Below are positions 1-7,539 of a DNA stretch of 64,000 nt, piece by piece. The number at the start of each line of letters is the position of its first letter. Within the stretch, counting starts at the first letter, position 1. The notes under the pieces are model-generated. The model had not been told where the DNA came from and searched no databases. It worked only from the letters and a program-made list of their open reading frames with translations. Position numbers and translations under genes: made by a program. The DNA is taken from sequence record OR529409.1; one strand, 5' to 3'.

Positions 1-1304
1 CGTAACACTTCTCTCAGGTCGTTTGCCCGAATACCGTTTTCCGTTAAGTATTCGAACAAGTGGGTGGTAACTTCGTCGACGAACTCTCTGTACTTAGCTC
101 CCTTGGGCGAGTTATACTGATCGGGAAATACCCGGATAATTCGCTCCAGTTTATCTCTGGGAGAGTTGTCAATGGCTTCCGCAGCGTAACCTACCAGCTC
201 GTCCTTGTAAAAGCCTGCAGAAGAACTGAGGACGTTTTGGATGTAGTTTTTATACTGAGTAACGTTCTTCGTCACCTCTCGTACACTTACTCCATCTTCC
301 AGCGTGACCATCCCACCGTCCAATCTGACGATATTGGTTTTCGATTTCACTTCATGGAAAACTTTGTTAATGTCGTTGATCACGCCTCTGAGTCGATCCT
401 GGATATCACCGACCATGTAAATGATTTTCTTGTCATCATCCATGGTGGTAAACGTTTTATAATGGATCCCCGTTTTGGGATCTAAAATAAACTCAGCCCT
501 GGCTCGGATTAACGCCATCCAACTACCGTAACGTTTGATGTCATAACGCATGCTTAAACGGTTATAAGTTTCCATAGCGATCTCTTTCTTCGCCAGGTAT
601 TTATAATCGTTCGCCATAATACTCGTCAAACATTTGTAATGGTACATCGCTAAGATGTTAACCATCGCATTGTGTTTAACGCGGTCATGGAGATCGCTAT
701 GAAACGTCCGGTATAACAAATAAACAATACTCAGGTTGAACACGTCACCGGTAACTTTCCAGGTCGCATTGATCAGTTTACAGGCGTGGAGGTTTTCTCG
801 TAACTCTTCTTCGTCGACATCGAAGATTTCAGCGAACCAGCGGTTTCTGTCTTCTGATGTGAAAACGATTCGGTGGATGCCCAAATAGGGATTACCAAAG
901 AATTCCACGTACTGTTCGTTCTTGGTGGTAAACCCAATGACGTACCGGGTCAGTCTATCGGCCCAACGGTTATCGATTTCTAAATCGTGTCCGAATGCGT
1001 TAAACACACCGAGTATCGCGTGATCGGTATTGAAATTGTAATTGGGTAGCAGAGCTTCAAAACCAGATATCCCAAATGTTTTTTGAAGGAGTTTCTCGAT
1101 TCCCTTGTCGGGGGTAATCTCCTCGAACATTTTGACTTCGGGTTCGGCGTCGTACATCCCATCTTCGACCAACATCGGATCTCCGCTTAAAATCCCACTG
1201 GGATCAAATACCGGTAATCCAGAAAGCTTATCGAACCATTGACGGTCGTCATTCTGAAAATAGCTCTCAGAACCATTGAGACGATCTGCGTATTGATTAA
1301 ACAT
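1..1304 (-). CDS. Conserved phiKZ-like protein (gp32-like by position), partial; runs off the window edge and is absent from the ORF track
   Basis: Manual translation from ATG at 1304 (AGGAG 5 nt upstream) gives MFNQYADRLNGSESYFQNDDRQWFDKLSGLPVFDPSG..., with no stop seen down to position 1. It has GxE motifs (GSE, GFE) like the head proteins elsewhere in the window. Confidence 0.8.
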   Translation of the reverse strand, partial: MFNQYADRLNGSESYFQNDDRQWFDKLSGLPVFDPSGILSGDPMLVEDGMYDAEPEVKMFEEITPDKGIEKLLQKTFGISGFEALLPNYNFNTDHAILGVFNAFGHDLEIDNRWADRLTRYVIGFTTKNEQYVEFFGNPYLGIHRIVFTSEDRNRWFAEIFDVDEEELRENLHACKLINATWKVTGDVFNLSIVYLLYRTFHSDLHDRVKHNAMVNILAMYHYKCLTSIMANDYKYLAKKEIAMETYNRLSMRYDIKRYGSWMALIRARAEFILDPKTGIHYKTFTTMDDDKKIIYMVGDIQDRLRGVINDINKVFHEVKSKTNIVRLDGGMVTLEDGVSVREVTKNVTQYKNYIQNVLSSSAGFYKDELVGYAAEAIDNSPRDKLERIIRVFPDQYNSPKGAKYREFVDEVTTHLFEYLTENGIRANDLREVL

Positions 1305-1312
1305 ATCGTCTC

Positions 1313-2158
1313 CTAGATCCGACTTGGGACAGCGTTTCTGATGGCGTTGTATCTCCGATCCGGGTCAGAATACGTCATGAGTTTTATCCAGCGAGTTTTA
1401 AACAATTCCTCGTACTGGTTAAGACTGTCACGGTACTCACTGATATCGTCACGGATAATATCAACCTGGACCCCAGAGCGGGCTACTCCTTCGTCGACTT
1501 TGTACCGAACTGTTTTCCAGATGTAGTTCTTGGTCATCAGGATAACTAAGTCGCCAAATACGTCGTAGGCTCTCGGATGGATCGTGGATAAACCATCGTC
1601 GTAACTCAGGATAAGTTTACCTGTCAGGGAGAACACCCCACTCGGCGCGCCATGGATCACAAACGAGTTATTCCCGACGAGAGTTATATTCGTGAACGTC
1701 TGGGGGATTTCTCGGTTGGGTAACATCCCGTTGATCATGGAGTTCAGTGCGTCGTTGACAGTACCTACCCCGCATGAGTCAGCATTGCCAAGTACGCTCA
1801 TGATCCCACTGGAGGAATTCATCGCCCCCTGGTAAACTTCCACAACCGAAATAATTTTCCGACCGCCCGTCAAGAAATCAGGGACGTTAACCAGCTGCAT
1901 CCCTTGGCCGAGATGTTCAATCCGAGATCCGGTTAAATCAATCAGCTCCGTCACCCCACCCTGGACGTTACACCGGGGTAGGATGATCGCATGTATAATT
2001 TTTTCTCGAATACCTTGCTGAACGGTGGTCTGCGCGTACTGGTTATACCAGTTCCCGGTCAGATTCCCGTTAGGGTTCGAGAACGCAAGCTCCAACAGGT
2101 ACTCGGGGATGTCACTCCCGTTGAGAACTTTGTTGATCGCGTAGTCCACGCAGTTCAT
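1313..2158 (-). CDS. Conserved hypothetical phage protein
   Basis: 286-codon ORF. Likely start is ATG 2158 with GGGAG 6 nt upstream. Its stop overlaps the SD of the downstream gene. Confidence 0.75.
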   Translation of the reverse strand: MNCVDYAINKVLNGSDIPEYLLELAFSNPNGNLTGNWYNQYAQTTVQQGIREKIIHAIILPRCNVQGGVTELIDLTGSRIEHLGQGMQLVNVPDFLTGGRKIISVVEVYQGAMNSSSGIMSVLGNADSCGVGTVNDALNSMINGMLPNREIPQTFTNITLVGNNSFVIHGAPSGVFSLTGKLILSYDDGLSTIHPRAYDVFGDLVILMTKNYIWKTVRYKVDEGVARSGVQVDIIRDDISEYRDSLNQYEELFKTRWIKLMTYSDPDRRYNAIRNAVPSRI

Positions 2159-2662
2159 AATCAACTCCCACACTGAGTTTCGGGACTGGAGGAATTTCCG
2201 TCTCGATAAAAATTCAACTGAGAATTTTTACTCTGGGGTTTCGGCGGTTATAATATTTCACTGCGGGAATTTAAAAACTCAACGGGTTTACGATCCCGTA
2301 TGTTTTTGAGTTTTATTTCCCGTATAAAATACTCCGTGCCGTAAGACAACACCCCACAGAAAAAACCTCGCCTCCGGAAAAAATTCCTCGAAGGCGAGTT
2401 GCCATGATCTCACTCGAGCAAGAATCAATCCGACATACAATCCCAAGCGCTCCGAAATTTTTTTCTTCGGAATTTTGGTCATTGGTAAATTTTTACATAC
2501 AAATCTATTTTATATTTGTATTTTTCGCTTGCGCGGATATTCTAATTTTTCAAAGATAATCTAAAACCGATTCCGGTTCTGGGTTTTTTATTTTTCTGTG
2601 TTTTGATTTTCCAAATCCAATTTTCAAAAATCTAAATCTAAAAATCTAAAAAATTTAATACT

Positions 2663-2920
2663 CAAAAATCGATTTTTGCTAGGGGTCCTTATTACGCGTG
2701 CGTACGCCCGCACGCATATAAAAAATAAATATAATACGTAGTATTATATTTTCCTTTGGTTTTATATTTTTAATTTATTAAAAATATATTAATATAAATT
2801 ATTATAAATATTTTTTATTAGTTTGTTTTTATAAAAAATATATAAATATATATTTATATATATTTATATTCATTAGGCGCGCGCCAGCGTGCGTGTGTGT
2901 ACGTGCGCGCACGCGTAATA
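2663..2920. other. AT-rich element bounded by inverted repeats and alternating purine-pyrimidine tracts; candidate replication origin or other cis-acting site
   Basis: 2716-2875 has 10 G/C in 160 nt. 13-bp inverted repeat at 2690-2702/2908-2920. Palindrome CAAAAATCGATTTTTG at 2663-2678. Hairpin at 2727-2751. 31-nt RY tract at 2887-2917. Confidence 0.45.
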
Positions 2921-3262
2921 GAGAAGGGGTTATAAAAATACAAGATTGGCCCTGAGAGATTATCCAGAAAAAATCACACAGAGTAAAAATATTAACCGGA
3001 ATGATTTTGAGAAGATTTAATACTCAACCTAGGAATTCGTATCAGTCGGATGAAAAAACGTTTTAGAAATCGATACAGGAATTTTTAGAGGGTGTTCTGA
3101 TCGAGTTCTCAGGAAGGATTATTCACTGAATAAAAATATTTTAATCAAGATAATTAATTTTTACCGCAAGTTAGATTTATCGAGACAAGAAGATTTAACC
3201 GCAAAGTAATATCTTACGGAGAGCATAATCTTCTGAGCAGGACAGAGATCTCGAATTGTCAG

Positions 3263-4057
3263 ATGGCAAATACCCCATCCGTTCGAAAGTTAACCCGAAA
3301 CATCCCTAAGAGGCGATATCCTATGCAACCAGCTAACCCATGGAAAAACAACAAGCACGTTAAATCACAAGACTCAGCAAGTGTTGATCGTTACGAATCC
3401 CTGTTACAAGAATTACCTGATGCGTTGAATGCAACCCCTCGAGATCCCGGATATCTTATAGCGACTAAAAAGATTTTATTAGTCCTGGAAATGTCTGAAG
3501 GAACCCGACTGACCGTTCGCAACGTGATGGAAAACCCAGACATGATTCGTAAGGTCCACGAGTTGTTGGTGGAGTTAGGCTGGAAGCAAGCGATTAGCCG
3601 AGGGACTCAGGTTTTCGTCACTCACCAGGATTTAATTAAACCGAGTATCTACCGCTTAATCGACCTCGACGCTAATGGGATCGGTTACGCTAACGAACTG
3701 CTGAATAATATTTTATTAGACCGTCGGTTCAGTGCTCGGGTAGACAATAACGATATTCGAATCCTCCCAGGAGACCGTAGCGCAAGTAACCCCTTTAGCC
3801 TGCTGTCGTCTAACGTCGTCAGTGGTTGGCGTAAAGCCATACGGGATTACGACAAAAGCGTGACGGGTAATCTTATTGGACACATGACGGTTGTCGGCGA
3901 AGACAATACGAATATCCCGCTTGATTTAAAACTGGTTTTCGCTCTGCTGGATTACATTGGGTGGCCAGAAATGTATTTTACTGGCGAACAGATTTTATTG
4001 AGTAACCCCATTGGGGATTATCAAACCCTTGAAGTGAATTTCATCGACCCTGAGTAA
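3263..4057 (+). CDS. Hypothetical protein with a basic N-terminal tail
   Basis: 264-aa ORF, first gene of the rightward arm. No family recognised. Confidence 0.7.
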   Translation: MANTPSVRKLTRNIPKRRYPMQPANPWKNNKHVKSQDSASVDRYESLLQELPDALNATPRDPGYLIATKKILLVLEMSEGTRLTVRNVMENPDMIRKVHELLVELGWKQAISRGTQVFVTHQDLIKPSIYRLIDLDANGIGYANELLNNILLDRRFSARVDNNDIRILPGDRSASNPFSLLSSNVVSGWRKAIRDYDKSVTGNLIGHMTVVGEDNTNIPLDLKLVFALLDYIGWPEMYFTGEQILLSNPIGDYQTLEVNFIDPE

Positions 4058-4315
4058 TTCCTAACGACAGAGTGATGTTATTAGTAAAGATCTTTGGACT
4101 CCCTGTTGATTAACTAGCGACCCAACCTCATCTCTTTGAACCTCCTTACCACGAGCGAGATAGCCAAAGTAGCTAGAGATTTTCAGGGGGTTCAATCCCC
4201 ATTATTCGTTAATCTTATTAGACCCATTGTCCTTAGCCATGTAGCGACGGCCATTCTCCTGTGACAGACAAGTTTTTTGTTCAATGGGATAGATTAACGT
4301 TTTTCTTCACGTCGT

Positions 4316-4382
4316 GTTATCTGATGAGTCTTCGACGCTAAACAAGACGAAACCTAATGAATCTATTTTATTAGGTCATAAT
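4316..4382 (+). ncRNA. Type I hammerhead ribozyme
   Basis: Core CUGAUGA (4321-4327); stem II GUCUU/AAGAC; GAAA (4349-4352); stem III CCUAAU/AUUAGG; GUC cleavage triplet ending at C4377; stem I GUUAU/AUAAU. Confidence 0.85.
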
Positions 4383-5047
4383 TCAACCTAAGCGTTGAAC
4401 GGGCAGTTAGGGGCAATGGTCCCCGAGGTCTTCAGCTTCTTCGCCTGCCCGCACTAAAAAGTTCTTTCATGATTAGGAGTGCCGCACTCTACGAGCGGAC
4501 AATAAGCAACCGAAAGTGGGAGAGAAAGAAGCGTGTCTGGTCGCTTGCCGGAAAGTTGGTTCAGGCCGGTTTCTTCCCAACCCAAACGACGCTGCCCAAG
4601 ATAGGGCTGCAAGTCGTATTAGCGAATTATACCGGTATGCGGGGTTTCCGCGATAAACCGGGTTAGCTACGGGTAAGAAACCGGCCGGAGTAATCAGCCT
4701 TTCGTATTCGGGTAACGTGAGTTATTGTAGAGATATCTCTGAGGGTTAGGCCAACCCCCGACGTTCTCCGAGTCCGAAGGGAAGCTTGCTCAGCTTCGTA
4801 GGAACTCCAAAATCTCAGACGGTCACACCTCGCAATCTTACGGCAGTATGATTGCCTATTCGTCCTTTGTCGCTCACCAAGGGGCGAGTAGGAAACCTCT
4901 GCCACGGCGTTTCGTTTGCCTTTTACCATTGCTTTTGTTATAACCTCTCTGTTTGAGTTGAGTGTTAACTTCCCCAAGAGTATAACCTGTTATCTCTCTC
5001 TTCGTGAGAAGTCGGAGATAATGGGGTAAATTCTTAGGAGGTTCGTT
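4378..5047 (+). ncRNA. Putative large structured RNA (unclassified) starting at the hammerhead cleavage site
   Basis: No credible ORF. Dense helices, including 12-bp 4564-4575/4675-4686 enclosing a multi-way junction, 4400-4406/4445-4451 and long-range 4409-4420/4925-4936. Strand is inferred from the ribozyme and flanking genes. Confidence 0.55.
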
Positions 5048-5236
5048 ATGTACACATACCAGTATACCGTGCGATACCGAATACCTAATTCTGTGTTTAC
5101 GACTTACAGCGGAGAAATTACTTCCGACTGTTTGCTCACTAACGCTAATCGCATCTTTGACGTTTTGCGCACTGAGGTTCATAAAGCTACTAACGTTAAC
5201 TCGTTTAGCATTACGAACTTTAAGCTGAAAGAATAA
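5048..5236 (+). CDS. Small hypothetical protein (62 aa)
   Basis: Strong SD AGGAGG at 5036-5041 ahead of ATG 5048. Followed by a terminator at 5405-5436. Confidence 0.7.
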   Translation: MYTYQYTVRYRIPNSVFTTYSGEITSDCLLTNANRIFDVLRTEVHKATNVNSFSITNFKLKE

Positions 5237-5404
5237 GTCGAGCTACGCGCTCAACCTACCTTAGGGCCGGAAGTAGTTACGACTTAGGGGGAAAGAAGAG
5301 TCGTGCCTTTAAGTACCCCAACCCAATTCGTGTGGTGATCTCTCACATCATCTCATGAATATCGCCACATCATCATTAAAGTTCTACCATGAATTTTTAT
5401 TCCT

Positions 5405-5436
5405 TCCAGTAGGGTTCGGCCCTACTGGACTTTTTT
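5405..5436 (+). terminator. Rho-independent terminator
   Basis: 10-bp stem TCCAGTAGGG/CCCTACTGGA followed by T6. Confidence 0.85.
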
Positions 5437-5567
5437 CGCGTTTTTTAAATCGGCAGTTGTTTAATTATGTCAGAACTAGATTTTTTCAGTTCTAAATTAT
5501 GGTAATGTAAAGCAAAAGATAATGCTTTCCATTCCAACTATCATAATTTCTTTTAGGAGCTAGATCA

Positions 5568-6530
5568 ATGAGTACATTACGTGTTTACGCGTGCGGCGGT
5601 ACTGGTATTAATATCGCGTCTAAATGGATTGCCACCGGTGCGAATACGCTTATTCGTAAAGCCCAGTTCATCGGACTGGATAGCAGTGAAAACAACAAAC
5701 CGTATAATGACGCCTTTAAGGTCGAACGTCCTGAAGGAACTCGTGGCGGCGGTAAGGAACGTAAGCTGATCGGTAAAATTGCCGCCGGGTTTATTGACAG
5801 TATTTTGACCAAACATAAACCGGGCGATTTCAACCTGATCATCATGAACGCGGCAGGCGCTACCGGGAGTACGTTCGGCCCGACTCTGATCAATCGTCTC
5901 CTCTCCCAGGGGGTCCCTGTCATCGCCCTGGTCGTAGGCGACCTGACCTCGGAACTGGAAAACTACAACACAGTTAAAACGTTTGAAAGCCTGGACAACC
6001 AGCGCATCAATCTGAACGTACCGGTTATCATCGACTACGTGGACAACGCCAAATATCCCAGCCGCGGATTGGCCGACAAATACGCCATCGGCCGTCTTGA
6101 TATCCTGAGCCTGTTCTTAACCGACGAACATGAAGAAAGTGATTTCCAAGACATCCGGAACCTGTTCTATTACAACCAGGTTACCAAGGCGGCACCTACT
6201 CTTGCTCGTATCGACTTCTTGACCGATACTCAGTTAGACAACGTTACTCCAGGCCTGGTTGCTGAATTTGGTTTGTATCGTAAAGCGGACGACATCGGCA
6301 GCCATATTAAAAATCTGGCATACCGTTCGACCGGCGTTATTCAGGAAGGTAGCACTAACTTCCCGGCTGGAATAGAACATCTCCACATGGTCTTTGATCA
6401 TGATGCGACGATCAAAGATATCCTGGTTCTGGTTCAGGATCTTAAAGATATCGAGATCCAAAATAACGAACGTTTTAAATCTGCCCAGCAGGTTGGAAAC
6501 GGCGGTGATGATTCCGGAATGTCCTACTAA
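5568..6530 (+). CDS. phuZ: Phage tubulin PhuZ
   Basis: Tubulin/FtsZ motifs ACGGTGINI, GGGK and AAGATGSTFG. 320 aa with an acidic C-terminal tail. Position typical of phiKZ-like phages. Confidence 0.92.
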   Translation: MSTLRVYACGGTGINIASKWIATGANTLIRKAQFIGLDSSENNKPYNDAFKVERPEGTRGGGKERKLIGKIAAGFIDSILTKHKPGDFNLIIMNAAGATGSTFGPTLINRLLSQGVPVIALVVGDLTSELENYNTVKTFESLDNQRINLNVPVIIDYVDNAKYPSRGLADKYAIGRLDILSLFLTDEHEESDFQDIRNLFYYNQVTKAAPTLARIDFLTDTQLDNVTPGLVAEFGLYRKADDIGSHIKNLAYRSTGVIQEGSTNFPAGIEHLHMVFDHDATIKDILVLVQDLKDIEIQNNERFKSAQQVGNGGDDSGMSY

Positions 6531-6539
6531 GTAAAACAA

Positions 6540-6584
6540 TACTGCTACAGCCCTTCTATGGGGCTGTAGCAGTAGTTCTTTATT
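6540..6584 (+). terminator. Rho-independent terminator
   Basis: 14-bp stem TACTGCTACAGCCC/GGGCTGTAGCAGTA just after phuZ, with a T-rich tail. Confidence 0.8.
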
Positions 6585-6644
6585 TTTTGCATCTATCTAT
6601 AGGTCTAATTAAAAAGTCGCTTATAAACCTTTACAGGAAGCTTT

Positions 6645-6950
6645 ATGATAAAAACAACCAGAGTGGTTAAAACGTTGAGTTTTCGCGAATATCATTCTGT
6701 GATACTTAATGTCGATAGTAACGTTGCTACAGCAGAAAGGTTGCTCCTCAAGGAGGCTTTAATCGAACACGGTTATCAGATCGACGACGGGTTACCCGAG
6801 AGCTATCCTTATTATCCAGAATCACTAAGGGAATTCAGAGATATGTTGAAGACCAGTATCGGACACATGACTTTGGGAATTCCCACGAACGCCAAGGTCG
6901 AATACATCAGTCCTACACTTGGACTCTTCAATATCATTTTTACTTACTAA
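6645..6950 (+). CDS. Hypothetical protein
   Basis: 101-aa ORF with AGGA upstream. Confidence 0.65.
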   Translation: MIKTTRVVKTLSFREYHSVILNVDSNVATAERLLLKEALIEHGYQIDDGLPESYPYYPESLREFRDMLKTSIGHMTLGIPTNAKVEYISPTLGLFNIIFTY

Positions 6951-6966
6951 CAGCAGGTGAGCTAAT

Positions 6967-7539
6967 ATGTACTCAGTGGGATCGGAATGGCTTAAGGACC
7001 AAATTTTAACATTTGGTTATTCAGTAGAAGAAACTTCCGACGGGGACCCGAAGCAGTTAACGAGTTTTATTCGACCTATTATCGATGGTGTGGTCGAAGC
7101 GTTGAATGCGGACGACCCCGATGACATCTGGGATATTATCAGACGTTTTGAGCGGGCAATGGCAGGCAACCATGCCGTCGAGCACATCTTTAACTACCTT
7201 ACTACTAACGTAAGAAAGATGGCTAAACAATCTGGTTACGACCCTAGGGTTAAGTTTAGAGTCAGAGAAGTCAAAGCGGGACGCCGGATAAATTTCATTT
7301 TTGAAATGGATCTCGACGCAACAATAGCAGCGGTTAATTCTCTTAATCAAGAAATACTCGAAGAAGAAGATCTCGATGAAATTGTTTCCGATCACCCAGG
7401 AGTTGACGTACTTCAAAAACTTGAAAACGTTAGGAAAAGGGAACTACAAGAAAAACTTAATTCCTTTACACGAAATGTACTCGGAGTTCGTGTCGTCCCA
7501 GCGGGAGCTAGCCGACGTTACCTTAATAAAGGAGTCTGA
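6967..7539 (+). CDS. Hypothetical protein
   Basis: 190-aa ORF with AGGTG upstream. Confidence 0.7.
   Translation: MYSVGSEWLKDQILTFGYSVEETSDGDPKQLTSFIRPIIDGVVEALNADDPDDIWDIIRRFERAMAGNHAVEHIFNYLTTNVRKMAKQSGYDPRVKFRVREVKAGRRINFIFEMDLDATIAAVNSLNQEILEEEDLDEIVSDHPGVDVLQKLENVRKRELQEKLNSFTRNVLGVRVVPAGASRRYLNKGV

Noticed and set aside
60-485. 141-aa plus-strand ORF
   Set aside because: Antisense shadow of the longer minus-strand gene 1-1304, with no SD.
4114-4148. Perfect minus-strand SD (TAAGGAGGT) 8 nt before ATG, encoding MRLGR*
   Set aside because: Only five codons and no antisense promoter seen. The same bases are better explained as the plus-strand anti-SD, though this alternative is not excluded.
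4151-4209. tRNA gene
   Set aside because: T-loop and D-like hairpin are present, but there is no anticodon arm and the acceptor stem is weak. Kept only as a tRNA-like motif.
4385-4500. Pistol-, twister- or HDV-like ribozyme directly after the hammerhead (CCUAAGCGUUGA; AGGUCUUCAGCUU; GGGCAG/CUGCCC)
   Set aside because: Only fragments match. The required pseudoknot partners and element order (pistol P1 loop upstream, twister T1 partner, HDV P1.1 GG and P2) could not be built.
4630-4662. Group II intron domain V-like hairpin (ACCGGUAUGCGG...CCGC...ACCGG)
   Set aside because: Lacks the AGC/CGC catalytic triad register, GNRA loop and AC bulge. No domain VI, intron boundaries or RT ORF.
4469-5182. 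ORFs 4469-4666(+), 4663-4977(-) and 4874-5182(-)
   Set aside because: No convincing SD, Arg/Ser-rich composition typical of non-coding frames, and overlap with the structured RNA and the better-supported 62-aa ORF.
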